A stretch of DNA of 64,000 bases from an uncultured Gemmatimonadales bacterium (GCA_963812035.1 CAWETG010000001.1:132590-196589), one strand, 5' to 3'. Positions 45,094 to 55,108 are shown, counted from the first letter of the stretch. Program-made: numbers and translations. Notes: generated from the sequence alone by a model not told the origin.

Positions 45094-47685
45094 ATGACAC
45101 GGGTCATGCGAGTTCGATCTCTCGCCGTGGTCGCAGTGTTCGCGGCCGCCGCCTGGGTTCCGCTCACTCCCGCCGCGCGGCCCGCTGGCGCCACCGCCGC
45201 CGACTCGTGCCCGTGGGTGCACTCGACGGCCCCGATCGCGGCCCGGGTGGCCCAGGTCGTGTCGGCGCTGACGCTGGAGGAGAAGATCCAGCTGGTGCAC
45301 GGCGCGACGGGGACCGTCTATGCCGGGTACGTTCCCGCGATCCGGCGGCTGTGCATACCGGCGCTGAAGCTGCACGACGGTCCCGGCGGCGTGGCGGACG
45401 GCCTGACCGGCGTGACCCAGCTCCCCGCCCCGGTGGCGGTGGCGGCGAGCTGGGACACGTCGCTGGCTTTGGCATACGGCGCGGTCATCGGGGACGAGGA
45501 GTGGGGCAAGGGCGCGAACGTCAATCTCGGCCCGACCGTCAACATCGTCCGCGATCCACGGTGGGGCCGCGCCTTCGAATCGTTCGGCGAGGACCCCTAC
45601 CTGGCCGGGCAGCTCGCCGCCGCGGAGATCCAGGGCGTGCAGGGCCAGGGTGTCCTGTCCCAGGTCAAGCACTGGGACGCGTACAACCAGGAGACCTTCC
45701 GCAACACCCCGGCCGACAATGTGGTCATCGCCCAGCGAACGCTGCACGAGATCTACATGCCCCAGTTCGAGACGGCGATCAGGGAGGGTGGCGTGTCGTC
45801 GGTGATGTGCGCCTACAGCACGATCAACGGTGCGTGGGCGTGCGAAAACGACGTTACCCAGGACAGCGTGCTCAAGGGACGGTGGCGGTTCCGCGGATTC
45901 ATCACGTCGGACTGGGGGGCGACGCACTCCACAGTGGCTTCGGCCGGCCACGGCCTCGACCTGCAGATGCCGGACAGCTCCTGGTTCGGCGCGGCGCTCG
46001 AGGCCGCGGTGTTGGCCGGTCAGGTGCCGATGTCGCGGCTGGACGACATGGTTGGCCGGATTCTGGCCCAGGAATTCCGGTTCCATCTCTTCGACCGCGA
46101 GCAAAGCGGCGGGCCGTCCTCCGTCGTGACCAACGAGCAGCACGCTGCCTTCGCGCGAGCTGCCGCCGAACAGGGCACCGTGCTGTTGCGGAATTCGGGC
46201 AACGTGCTCCCCTTCGACACGGGCACGGTGCACTCCATCGCGGTGATCGGCTACGACGCCGGGCAGGGAACGATGAGCGGCGGTGGCGGCAGCGCCGCGG
46301 TGGTCGCGCCCTACGTCGTCACGCCCTTCCAGGGGATCGCGAATCGGGCCGGCGGCGGCGTGGCGGTGCGCTACGCCCAGGGCTCGCTCCAGCCGAACGG
46401 TACGCTCCCGCTGGTGCCGCCCCGGTACCTGACGCCGTCGTCGGGCGGTGGCCAGGGACTGACCGCGCAGTTCTACAACAACATGACCCTCTCGGGTGCC
46501 CCGGTGTTGACCCGCGTGGACTCGATTGTCGCCGCCGACTGGCACGACCGGTCGCCGGGGCCGGGCATGAACGCCAATCAATGGTCGGCCAGGTGGACGG
46601 GGACGCTGACCGCTCCCGCCACCGGCGAGTACACCTTCTCGCTCACCAGCGACGACGGCAGCCGGCTGCTGGTGAACGGAGCACAGATCATCGACAACTG
46701 GCGGGAGCAGGCGCCGACGACCGAGATCCGGAAGGTGACGCTCACCGCCGGCCAGGCCGTGCAGATCGAGGTGGACTACTACCAGGACGGCGGCGGTGAC
46801 TCGGTCAGCCTCGGCTGGCGACTGCCGGGCCAGCCTTCACTGATCGAGGAGGCCGCGGCGCTCGCGCGGTCCTCGGATGTCGCGGTGGTGTTCGCCAGCG
46901 ATTTCGAGAGCGAGGGCTCGGACCTGACCAGCATCGATCTCCCCGGCGAGCAGAACCAGCTGATCGACGCGGCGGCGGCGGCCAACCCCAAGACGATCGT
47001 CGTGCTGCACACGGGTTCTGCGATCACCATGCCCTGGCTGGACTCGGTCAAGGGGGTTTTGGAGGCGTGGTATCCCGGCCAGGAGGACGGCAGTGCCATC
47101 GCCGCGGTGCTGTTCGGCGATGCCAGCCCCTCGGGCAAGCTGCCGGTGACGTTCCCGAAGAGTCTCGCCGACGTTCCGGCCGCGACTCCCGCTCAGTGGC
47201 CGGGCGTGGGCGGCCAGGTGCAGTACTCCGAAGGACTGGACGTCGGGTATCGGTGGTACGGCGCCAAGGGCATCGCGCCGCTGTTTCCGTTCGGGTTCGG
47301 CCTGTCGTACACCACGTTCCGATTCGGGAACCTCCGGGTGACCAAAGCGCGGGGCCTGTCGATGAGGGTCAGCGCGGACATCACGAACACCGGCCGGCGC
47401 CCGGGTGCCGACGTGGTGCAGCTCTACGTCGGCGCTCCCGCTTCGACCGGTGAGCCGCCCCAGCAGTTGAGAGGCTTCCAGAAAGTCCAGCTCGGCCCGG
47501 GCCAGACCAGACGCGTGACCTTCCAGCTCGATCCGGTCGCCTTCGCGCAGTGGGATAGCACCGCCAATGGTTGGGTGGTCGACGCCGGCGTCTATCGGAT
47601 CGGCGTAGGGGATTCCTCGGCCAACCTCCCGTTGCGCGCCGATGTCACGCCCAAGCCTGGTCGGGTGCGCGGAAAGGGAGGGTGA
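45094..47685 (+). CDS. bglX: Secreted GH3 beta-glucosidase with inserted PA14 domain
   Basis: ORF 45094..47685. GPTVNIVRDPRWGRAFESFGEDP, GFITSDWGA (nucleophile region), PA14-like WSARWTGTLTAPATGEYTFSLTSDDGSRLLVNG. Confidence 0.9.
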   Translation: MTRVMRVRSLAVVAVFAAAAWVPLTPAARPAGATAADSCPWVHSTAPIAARVAQVVSALTLEEKIQLVHGATGTVYAGYVPAIRRLCIPALKLHDGPGGVADGLTGVTQLPAPVAVAASWDTSLALAYGAVIGDEEWGKGANVNLGPTVNIVRDPRWGRAFESFGEDPYLAGQLAAAEIQGVQGQGVLSQVKHWDAYNQETFRNTPADNVVIAQRTLHEIYMPQFETAIREGGVSSVMCAYSTINGAWACENDVTQDSVLKGRWRFRGFITSDWGATHSTVASAGHGLDLQMPDSSWFGAALEAAVLAGQVPMSRLDDMVGRILAQEFRFHLFDREQSGGPSSVVTNEQHAAFARAAAEQGTVLLRNSGNVLPFDTGTVHSIAVIGYDAGQGTMSGGGGSAAVVAPYVVTPFQGIANRAGGGVAVRYAQGSLQPNGTLPLVPPRYLTPSSGGGQGLTAQFYNNMTLSGAPVLTRVDSIVAADWHDRSPGPGMNANQWSARWTGTLTAPATGEYTFSLTSDDGSRLLVNGAQIIDNWREQAPTTEIRKVTLTAGQAVQIEVDYYQDGGGDSVSLGWRLPGQPSLIEEAAALARSSDVAVVFASDFESEGSDLTSIDLPGEQNQLIDAAAAANPKTIVVLHTGSAITMPWLDSVKGVLEAWYPGQEDGSAIAAVLFGDASPSGKLPVTFPKSLADVPAATPAQWPGVGGQVQYSEGLDVGYRWYGAKGIAPLFPFGFGLSYTTFRFGNLRVTKARGLSMRVSADITNTGRRPGADVVQLYVGAPASTGEPPQQLRGFQKVQLGPGQTRRVTFQLDPVAFAQWDSTANGWVVDAGVYRIGVGDSSANLPLRADVTPKPGRVRGKGG

Positions 47686-47713
47686 GCCTGTTCGGACGCG
47701 CGCCTTCCGCGCG

Positions 47714-50479
47714 TCAGAAGCTGAGTTCCACCCCCAGCCTCACCAGCCGCGGCGGGCCGTAAGCGAATATTGCCTGGTAGAAGTCGCGCGCCGCCGCCAC
47801 GTAGAGCGGCAGCAGCTCGGATTCGCCTGCGATGTATCCGTCGTGGTTGGTGTCGGCCCAGCCCCGGTAGCGCGGCGACTCGTACGGGATGGCCTGGGGG
47901 TTGGCCTGGTACGCCGCCAGCGCCGCCGCCTGGATGCCCGCCTCGCCCAGGCCCGGCGTGCCGGTGTCGCGCCGCACCGCGATGATGTTCCGCGTGTCGA
48001 GCAGGTTCCGCACGTCCACGTACACGCTGCCGCGCGCCGGCCCGATGCGGATGGGCCGCCGCAGCAGTGCGTCGAGCGTGTACTGCGAGGGCAACCGCTC
48101 GCCGTTGATCGGGCCGAGGAGCGTGTCGCCCGCGGCGTTGGTGAGCGTGTAGGGGAGCCCCGTGCTGAAGCGGAAGATCGCCGCGCCCTCGAGCCCCGCC
48201 AGCGGCCGCACCCCCAGCACCCGCGGCCCGAACGCGTCGTGGGCCCGCGCCTGGAAGATGGCCGTCACGCCGTGCCGCCGGTCGTAGTCGAGCGGATACT
48301 CCACGCGGCCCGGGTAGATCGTGTCGGCCCCGACGATGCTCGGCCCCTTCAGCTGGAACGCGCTGCTGGACGTGGCCGTGGCGTACTGGAGCGTGTAGGA
48401 GACCCTGAGGCCCCACCAGTCCTTCAGCTCGCGCTCCCACAGGATCTCGGCGCCCTTCACCGAGCCGTAGTCGGTGTTGCCGAAGATGGTGGAGTCGGGG
48501 TTGACCCCGTACGGGATGCTCGCCACCAGCCCGGTGAGCGCCTTCACGTAGACGTTGACCCGCAGCGACATGTCGGGCGTGGGGCGCGCGCGTACGCTGA
48601 ACTCGTACTGGGTGGACTGCTCGAAGCCGAGATCCGGATTGCCCACCCGGAACCGGCCGGTGCGGGTCGTGTCCTGGAACGCCGCGTCCACCATGTACTG
48701 AAAATCGGGCGCCTGGCTGAAGCGGCCGTAGCTGGCCACGAAGGTGGCGCCGTGCAGCACGGCCGAGATGGCGAAGCGCGGGTTGAGGCTGGAATGCGCC
48801 GTGATCGCCCCTCCCGCCACCGTGGCGTGCGGATCGAACGTGTCGTACCGCGCGCCGAAGGTGAACGCCAGATCCTGCCACCGGACCTGCGTCTCCGCGT
48901 AGGCCGCGGCGCTGGTGGGCGAGAAGTCGGCCGTCGTCGCGGGCGGCACCGTGTCGCCCACCGGCAGGAAGGCCAGCACCCGCTGGAACGTTTCGACCCT
49001 CTGCCGCACCAGCTCGCCGCCCACGTACACGTCGGCCTGGTGCGACAGGCCGAGGTCCACGTCGAGCTGCGTGCGGAACTCGCTGAAACGGTTCCAGGCG
49101 ATCTCGCCGTCCGAGGCGCCGCCCATGAAGAACGCCGGCACGCCCCACGGCGTGTTGGTGCTGAAGTCCGGGGTCGCGAAGCCCGGCACCGCCCCGAGCG
49201 CGGCCGCCGTGTCCCGCGCGCGCGCTATCGCCTCGCCCTGGAAATGGAAGGCGCGGTCGGCGAAGGCTCCGAACGGGTAGGAGACGGGCACGTCGAGCGC
49301 CCCGCGCTCGAAGTCCCGCGTGAAGTAGCCCACGCGGAGGTCCGCCAGGATCGAGGTGGGCATCGAGGGCGGTGACACCAGCTGGAGGTGCCCTGTGAAC
49401 AGGTTCCCCGTGAGGCGCTGCGCCGGCGCGAACGACTGGTCGTACTTGTACGCCTGGTCGTACAGCAGCTGCTGGCCGTCGGAGTGCAGCGCGAACAGCC
49501 GCAGCGTCTGCCGCTCCGCGAACGGCACGGTGAGCTTGGCGGCGGCGTCCACTTCCTGGCCGGCGTTGTGGGGCAGCATGTAGGGCTGCGCGGTCCGCGG
49601 GTCGCGCGGGTCGGTAGGCGCGGGGGCGTTCACCGGGTCGGCATCGAGGCGCCCCGTGGCGTCCACGGCACCCAGCAGCGTGATGCCGGCGAACAGCGGG
49701 CCGTCGGCCTCGAACACCGCGCGGTCGAGGCCGTGGTCCACCGCCGCGCCCAGGCCCCGGTCGGTTTCGTACGCCGCCCGGCCCTGCCACCGCTCGCCGC
49801 CGTCCTTGGTCACCACGTTGATGAGGCCCGACAGCGCCTGCCCGTAGCGCGCCGAGAATCCGTCGGTGACGAGCGAGGCCTCGGTGAGGATGTCGGGCGG
49901 GAGGTTGATCCCGAGCGTTCCCGTCGAGGCGTCGAGCTGGTTCTTGAGTCCCAGGCCGTCGATGATGAACGCCTGCTCGCCCAGCCGCCCGCCGCGGTAG
50001 CTGTCGCCCACCGCGCCGGCGGAGAGGGCCACGGCCTCTTCCAGCGTGCTCACGGGCAGGTGCCGCAGGTCGTCGGAGGAGATGTGCTGCACGGTGGCGG
50101 TGGCGAGCGGGTCCAGCACCGCGTCGGGCGCGACCTCGACCGAGACGGCCCCCAGCTGCACGGCCTGCGGCACCAGCGGGAAATCCAGCCGCGTCGTCTC
50201 GCCCGACCGCACCGGGACGCTGTCCCGGCTCGCGGTCGCGTAGCCGATCAGCCGCACCGTGACCCGGTGGAGGCCGCTGTGCACCCCACGTACGTCGTAG
50301 CCGCCCGAGGAATCCGTCAGCGCCGCGAGACGCCCGTCCACCAGCACCTGCGCGCTGCGCAGGGACGCCTGCGACCCTTGGTCGCGCACCTGCCCGCTTA
50401 TCGAGCCCGTGGACTGCGCGGGGAGCCGGGCCGCCGCGACGGCCAGGCACGTTGCGACCAGCGCGCCGAGCCGTCTCAT
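47714..50479 (-). CDS. TonB-dependent receptor with N-terminal carboxypeptidase-regulatory-like domain
   Basis: ORF 47714..50479. Signal, then GSISGQVRDQGSQASLRSAQVLVDG, a plug region, and a terminal aromatic ...VELSF. Confidence 0.85.
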   Translation of the reverse strand: MRRLGALVATCLAVAAARLPAQSTGSISGQVRDQGSQASLRSAQVLVDGRLAALTDSSGGYDVRGVHSGLHRVTVRLIGYATASRDSVPVRSGETTRLDFPLVPQAVQLGAVSVEVAPDAVLDPLATATVQHISSDDLRHLPVSTLEEAVALSAGAVGDSYRGGRLGEQAFIIDGLGLKNQLDASTGTLGINLPPDILTEASLVTDGFSARYGQALSGLINVVTKDGGERWQGRAAYETDRGLGAAVDHGLDRAVFEADGPLFAGITLLGAVDATGRLDADPVNAPAPTDPRDPRTAQPYMLPHNAGQEVDAAAKLTVPFAERQTLRLFALHSDGQQLLYDQAYKYDQSFAPAQRLTGNLFTGHLQLVSPPSMPTSILADLRVGYFTRDFERGALDVPVSYPFGAFADRAFHFQGEAIARARDTAAALGAVPGFATPDFSTNTPWGVPAFFMGGASDGEIAWNRFSEFRTQLDVDLGLSHQADVYVGGELVRQRVETFQRVLAFLPVGDTVPPATTADFSPTSAAAYAETQVRWQDLAFTFGARYDTFDPHATVAGGAITAHSSLNPRFAISAVLHGATFVASYGRFSQAPDFQYMVDAAFQDTTRTGRFRVGNPDLGFEQSTQYEFSVRARPTPDMSLRVNVYVKALTGLVASIPYGVNPDSTIFGNTDYGSVKGAEILWERELKDWWGLRVSYTLQYATATSSSAFQLKGPSIVGADTIYPGRVEYPLDYDRRHGVTAIFQARAHDAFGPRVLGVRPLAGLEGAAIFRFSTGLPYTLTNAAGDTLLGPINGERLPSQYTLDALLRRPIRIGPARGSVYVDVRNLLDTRNIIAVRRDTGTPGLGEAGIQAAALAAYQANPQAIPYESPRYRGWADTNHDGYIAGESELLPLYVAAARDFYQAIFAYGPPRLVRLGVELSF
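47723..47757. repeat. Direct repeat, right copy (functional 3' end of the TonB receptor gene)
   Basis: gagttccacccccagcctcaccagccgcggcgggc encodes the terminal PPRLVRLGVELSF of ORF 47714..50479. Confidence 0.85.
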
Positions 50480-51534
50480 GGCACCTGGAGCAGCCAGAGG
50501 TCCGCCGGCCGGCTCCCTCCCAGCTCGATCACCACCCGCGCCCCGGACGGCGACAGGGCGGGCCGCCGCACCGACTGCGCGGGGTCGGGCGAGGGGATGA
50601 CCGTGACGGCCGTGTCGCCCAGGGTGGCGGTGGTGAGCGTTCCGCCGATCATGGCGACCAGCACCGTGCCGCTCACCTGCACCTCGCTCGGCACGCCGGC
50701 GCTGCCGAAGTCGTACAGCACGGCCGCCGCTCCCCCGGGCCTCGGCAGCCGGTAGACGCGCGTGTCGCCCTGCAGCGTGTAGATCAGCGCGCCGCTCGAG
50801 TCCACCGCGAGCGACGTGGCGTTCGCCGTGCCCGGGACCACGGTGCGCGCCGGGGCCGCGCCCGTGAGGTCCACCAGCCCGATCTCCAGCGGGATGGTCA
50901 CGGTGTCGGCGTACACCCCGCTGGTGATGTAATTCACCTGCTCGGCGAGGTAGACCAGCGTGTCGGCGCCGATCCAGTGCAGGTGCGACGCGTCGTCGCG
51001 GAACTGCCCGTCCGTCCCGAGGTAGGGGAAGCCGACCACCACGAGGCCGGGGTCGGGCGCGCCGAGGCTCGCCACCACCAGCTCCCGGCTCTTGGGCGCG
51101 AGATCACCCGGCAGGGAGCTTTCGCGCACGTAGGCCAGCGCGCCGCCCGGCCCGACGGCGGGATCCCACAGCGTGTTGGTGGAGTCGGCGTCGTCCACCA
51201 CCGGGGTGTGGCACATCGTGCGGAGCTGGTGCCCGCCCTCCGCCGGCAGGATGGCGAGGCAGCGGTCGTTGTCGGCGGTACCGCGCGCGAAGGTGTAGAT
51301 GATGCCGGAGCCGTCGGGCAGCCACGAGGGCTCGAGGTCGGCGCTCGGGCTGAAGGTGAGCTGCCGCGGGAAGGCCGTGCTGAAGGGCACGTTGGGCTCG
51401 CCCGACACCGCGTTGAACGGCTGCGCGTGCTCGCACGCGGCCAGGCCGGCGAGCGCGAACCCCAGCGCCAGCGGCCGCAGGCGCCTCAGCGCCGCGGGCC
51501 AACGCCGCGCACGGAGATCCGGGCTACGTGCCAC
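50476..51534 (-). CDS. PD40/TolB-like beta-propeller lipoprotein
   Basis: Frame of ORF 50476..51825. GTG 51534 inferred. Lipobox FALAGLAAC. PD40-like EPSWLPDGSGIIYTF and RRPALSPSGARVVIEL. ATGA overlap with the receptor gene. Confidence 0.55.
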   Translation of the reverse strand: MARSPDLRARRWPAALRRLRPLALGFALAGLAACEHAQPFNAVSGEPNVPFSTAFPRQLTFSPSADLEPSWLPDGSGIIYTFARGTADNDRCLAILPAEGGHQLRTMCHTPVVDDADSTNTLWDPAVGPGGALAYVRESSLPGDLAPKSRELVVASLGAPDPGLVVVGFPYLGTDGQFRDDASHLHWIGADTLVYLAEQVNYITSGVYADTVTIPLEIGLVDLTGAAPARTVVPGTANATSLAVDSSGALIYTLQGDTRVYRLPRPGGAAAVLYDFGSAGVPSEVQVSGTVLVAMIGGTLTTATLGDTAVTVIPSPDPAQSVRRPALSPSGARVVIELGGSRPADLWLLQVP

Positions 51535-53065
51535 GGGTGGGGAACGTCTCCAGCAGCCAGCGGCGCCAGCGCTCGTGGCGCTGCATGGCCAGCACGAACG
51601 GCCGCTCGCGCGGCAGCTCCTTGGCCCGGAGCAGCGCGCGCAGGGCCTGCCGCTCGGCCGGCTCCCAGCGCGGCAGATCGGGCACCAGGTCGGCGACGGG
51701 CGCGAGGCGCTCGGGCACCGGGCCGCCCAGCGCGCGGGACACGCCGCGCACCGCGGCGGCCACCGCGGCCGCGCGGTCTCCGCCGTGCCGCGACCGGATG
51801 GCCCGCGTGACCGCGAAGCCCACACGCCGCACGTCCACGTCGCGGAAGTCCTCGGGCCGGGTGCCGTCGGTGGCGAGCATCATGTCGCTCTGGGCCAGGC
51901 GCCGCAGCATCGCCGGTGCGCTGCGCGAGCCCGCGCGCCGCGCCAGCCGGGCGGCCTCGACGTCGGCCAGGGCGCGCACGCCGCGGTCCAGGGAGCGGAA
52001 GCCGAGTTTGTAGTAGAACCAGAACGAGCCGGCCTCGATGCCCTCGGGATTCTGGTGGCCGATCTGGTAGCGGCGCATCACGAACTTGCGCGCGCCGAAG
52101 TGATGGTGGAACACGGCGCAGAAGCGATCGAACACGTACGGCGACTCGCCGCCGCGGTAGGTGGGGAAGATGTTGATCCCGATGTCGGCGCGGCCGAAGA
52201 GCAGCACCGCGTACCCGTAGCCGATGGGCACCCCGTTCTTCACCAGCAGCGCGCCGTAGTCGCCTTCCAGGGTGAGCCGCAGCGCCGGCGCGAGGCCGAT
52301 CACGAAGATCTCGAGTCCGCGGCCCGCGTCCACCCGGTACACCTCGGCGCGGTGCCCGTGCACGATGACGTGGAATTCGCGCTCCCGCTGCGACAGCGCG
52401 GCGCGCGCGGCGTCGATCACCCGGTCGGCGCGCTCCGGCGACAGCGGTTGCAGCGCGCCCGGCGGCCGCAGCACCTCCCGCGCGAAGTCGGCGGGCCGGG
52501 CGGAGAGGAGCCGGCGATGGTAGAACGGCCGCGCCGGCAGCCGCGCATGGGTGATCGCGTCGCGGCACCCGGCCAGGTCCCAGCGGATGGGGAGGTTCAG
52601 CGCCTCGAAGAGGTGCGCCTCCAGCTTCGGCCCCAGCCGCTGGGCCGCGAGCACGTCCAGGAGCCACGCCAGGTCGGTGCGCCGGTCGGGGCCCTTGGCC
52701 GCGCGGATCCACTCCCAGGAGGGCACCTCGTCGTCGTCCAGCCCCTCGTTCTCCGCCCAGGCCACCACCAGCGAGAGCAGGGCCGCCACGTCGTCCCACG
52801 CCCGGCGCCGGTACGCCGGCCAGTCGATGTCCGCCGCGCGGCCGTAGCGCCCGCGCAGCCAGCGCGTCATGGCGTAGTTGAAGGGATAGTGGTAGCTGGT
52901 GCCGGCGATGCCGGTGTTGCGCAGCGCATCCTTGAGCGGCGCGGCCCGGCGCTCGAACAGCGCCAGCTCGCGCTCGGCGCGCCGCAGCTCCGCGGCGTTC
53001 CGGGGGAAGGCGCGGGCAAAGCACACGCGCTCGTGACGCGCGAGCAGCGCGTCGGCCTGCGTCAC
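51524..53065 (-). CDS. Conserved-looking hypothetical protein (513 aa), no family recognised
   Basis: Frame of ORF 51524..53266. GTG 53065 lies 1 nt after the upstream stop; the longer ORF overlaps the aminotransferase gene. Coding-like composition throughout. Confidence 0.55.
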   Translation of the reverse strand: MTQADALLARHERVCFARAFPRNAAELRRAERELALFERRAAPLKDALRNTGIAGTSYHYPFNYAMTRWLRGRYGRAADIDWPAYRRRAWDDVAALLSLVVAWAENEGLDDDEVPSWEWIRAAKGPDRRTDLAWLLDVLAAQRLGPKLEAHLFEALNLPIRWDLAGCRDAITHARLPARPFYHRRLLSARPADFAREVLRPPGALQPLSPERADRVIDAARAALSQREREFHVIVHGHRAEVYRVDAGRGLEIFVIGLAPALRLTLEGDYGALLVKNGVPIGYGYAVLLFGRADIGINIFPTYRGGESPYVFDRFCAVFHHHFGARKFVMRRYQIGHQNPEGIEAGSFWFYYKLGFRSLDRGVRALADVEAARLARRAGSRSAPAMLRRLAQSDMMLATDGTRPEDFRDVDVRRVGFAVTRAIRSRHGGDRAAAVAAAVRGVSRALGGPVPERLAPVADLVPDLPRWEPAERQALRALLRAKELPRERPFVLAMQRHERWRRWLLETFPTRGT

Positions 53066-53066
53066 G

Positions 53067-53915
53067 CTACGCACACTCCCGCTCGACCACCGCGGCAAAC
53101 AGCTCCGCCAGGCGGCGCGTGACCGGCCGCTCGGCGGGGAGCTTGTGCCCGTCGAGCGTGTCGATGGACACCACGTCGTACGGCGTGCTGGTGAGGAACA
53201 GCTCGTCGGCCTCCGCCAGCTCGGTGGCGAACACCGGCGTCTCGCGGCACGGGATGCCGTGCTCACGGCACAGGTCGAGCACCACGGCGCGGGTGATGCC
53301 CGGGAGGATGTAGTTGGAAAGCGGCGCGGTGCGCACCTCGCCGTCGAACACGGCGAAGAAGTTGCTCAGCGAGCCCTCCTGCACCACGCCGTCGCGCACG
53401 AACAGGCCCTCGTGCGCTCCCAGCTCCTTGGCCCGCTGCGCCGCCATCGAGTTCGGGACCAGCGACGTGACCTTGATGTCGCAGCGCGACCAGCGCACGT
53501 CGGGCTCGAGGATCGCGGCCGCCCCGGGGCCGTCGAACGCCGGGTTCTTCGTGAACGCCCAGGCCATGCCGAACACCGTGGGATGGGTGTCGGCCGGCGG
53601 GAACACGTGCGAGCGCGGCGCGGTGCCGCGCGTGATCTGCAGGTAGATGAGCGCGTCGCCCGTCAGGCCGTTCTTCTCGAGCAGGCGACCCGGCACTTCC
53701 TCGAGCGGCGTGAGGTGGGCGCCGATCCGCATCTTGGCGCAGCTCGACGCCAGGCGCGCGAAGTGCTCGGAGAGGAGGAAGATCCTGCCGTGGTACGCGC
53801 GGATCATCTCGTACACGCCGTCGCCGTAGGTGAAGCCCCGGTCGAGCGGGCTGATGAGCGCCTTGTCTTGCGGCAGGTACTGCCCGTTGAGGTAGACGGT
53901 AGTCATGGCCAGCAA
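53067..53915 (-). CDS. Class IV (D-amino-acid / branched-chain) aminotransferase
   Basis: ORF 53067..53915. LDRGFTYGDGVYEMIRAYHGRIF and LQITRG. Confidence 0.8.
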   Translation of the reverse strand: MLAMTTVYLNGQYLPQDKALISPLDRGFTYGDGVYEMIRAYHGRIFLLSEHFARLASSCAKMRIGAHLTPLEEVPGRLLEKNGLTGDALIYLQITRGTAPRSHVFPPADTHPTVFGMAWAFTKNPAFDGPGAAAILEPDVRWSRCDIKVTSLVPNSMAAQRAKELGAHEGLFVRDGVVQEGSLSNFFAVFDGEVRTAPLSNYILPGITRAVVLDLCREHGIPCRETPVFATELAEADELFLTSTPYDVVSIDTLDGHKLPAERPVTRRLAELFAAVVERECA

Positions 53916-53927
53916 CCTAGGCCTGAA

Positions 53928-55070
53928 CTAGCGGCGCCGCCAGATCGCCCACGTGGCCACGACCTCGTCGCCGCGAACCACCTGGTAGGCGTCGAACTGC
54001 GCCGCCGTCAGGCACGAATGGTTCGGCAGGATCCGGAGCTTCTCCCCCACCGCGAAGCGCCCCTCGATGTCGTGCGCCGTGTCGCCCCCGACCATCCCGT
54101 GCTCCTGGGAGACGCCGCGCACCTGCACCCGGGGCTCGAGGTCGTGACCGGCGAGCCCGGCCAGGACCGGGCCGAGGCCCCGCGCCAGGGCGGGATCGTG
54201 GGGCCCCGGGTCCTTGGAGAGCGTCAGCGCCCCGGCGTCCACCACCGCGTGGGCCGCGCCACGCTGGTGCGAGACCACGCTCGCCAGGACGGTGACCGCG
54301 CAGTCCTCCGCCGCGCAGACGCCTCCGGCCAACTGCATGAAGTCGTAGAAGGCGTAGTTGCCCGGCCGGACCTCGCTCATGCCGTCGAGTCGCTCCACCG
54401 CCGACATCGCCGGCGTCGAGCCGACGCTGACGGCCGGCACGTTCACGCCCTCCCCCGCGAGCATCCCGGCAAGCGCGACCATCGTCGCGCGCTCCCCTTC
54501 TGCGATGGCGGCCCGCTCGGCACGGGTGCGTGCGTCATAGCTGTGCCCCGCGTGCGTGAGGAGGCCGTCGAACACCACCCCGCGCTCCCTCGCCAGCCTT
54601 CGCGCCAGGGCGACGCTCGCGGCCGCGCGCGGGTCCACACCCGAACGGTGATGCCCGGAATCCACCTCCAGCCAGGCGTGCACCTCCACCCCGGCGGCGC
54701 GAGCGGCGGCGCCGAGCGCGTCCAGCGCCTCGGGCGAGTCCAGCGTGACCCGGAACGCGATCCGGCGGGCGAGCGCGACCACCTCGTCGAGCCGGCCCAC
54801 GACCAGCGGGAACGCCCAGGTGATGTCGGTGAAACCGCCGTCGGCGAAGGCGTGCGCCTCGGGCAGCGTGGCCACGGTGATCCCGCGGGCTCCGCGCTCG
54901 AGCTGCATCCGGCCCACCTCGAGGCACTTGTGCGTCTTGACGTGCGGGCGCAGGGCGACGCCCAGCGCGCGGGCGCGCTCGGCCATCCGGTCCAGGTTGC
55001 GCTCGAGGACGTCGAGATCGAGGAGGAGGGCGGGCGTCGGCAGGTCGCCGACAACAGAGCGGCGCGGCAT
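53928..55070 (-). CDS. DSD1-family PLP enzyme (D-threonine aldolase / D-serine dehydratase-like, alanine-racemase N-domain fold)
   Basis: Frame of ORF 53928..55403, ATG 55070. LPTPALLLDLDVLERNLDRM, RPHVKTHK (PLP Lys), C-terminal ILPNHSC. Confidence 0.75.
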   Translation of the reverse strand: MPRRSVVGDLPTPALLLDLDVLERNLDRMAERARALGVALRPHVKTHKCLEVGRMQLERGARGITVATLPEAHAFADGGFTDITWAFPLVVGRLDEVVALARRIAFRVTLDSPEALDALGAAARAAGVEVHAWLEVDSGHHRSGVDPRAAASVALARRLARERGVVFDGLLTHAGHSYDARTRAERAAIAEGERATMVALAGMLAGEGVNVPAVSVGSTPAMSAVERLDGMSEVRPGNYAFYDFMQLAGGVCAAEDCAVTVLASVVSHQRGAAHAVVDAGALTLSKDPGPHDPALARGLGPVLAGLAGHDLEPRVQVRGVSQEHGMVGGDTAHDIEGRFAVGEKLRILPNHSCLTAAQFDAYQVVRGDEVVATWAIWRRR

Positions 55071-55108
55071 CAGTCGAAACTGACTCCGCGCCGCCGAAAG
55101 CTCAATGC

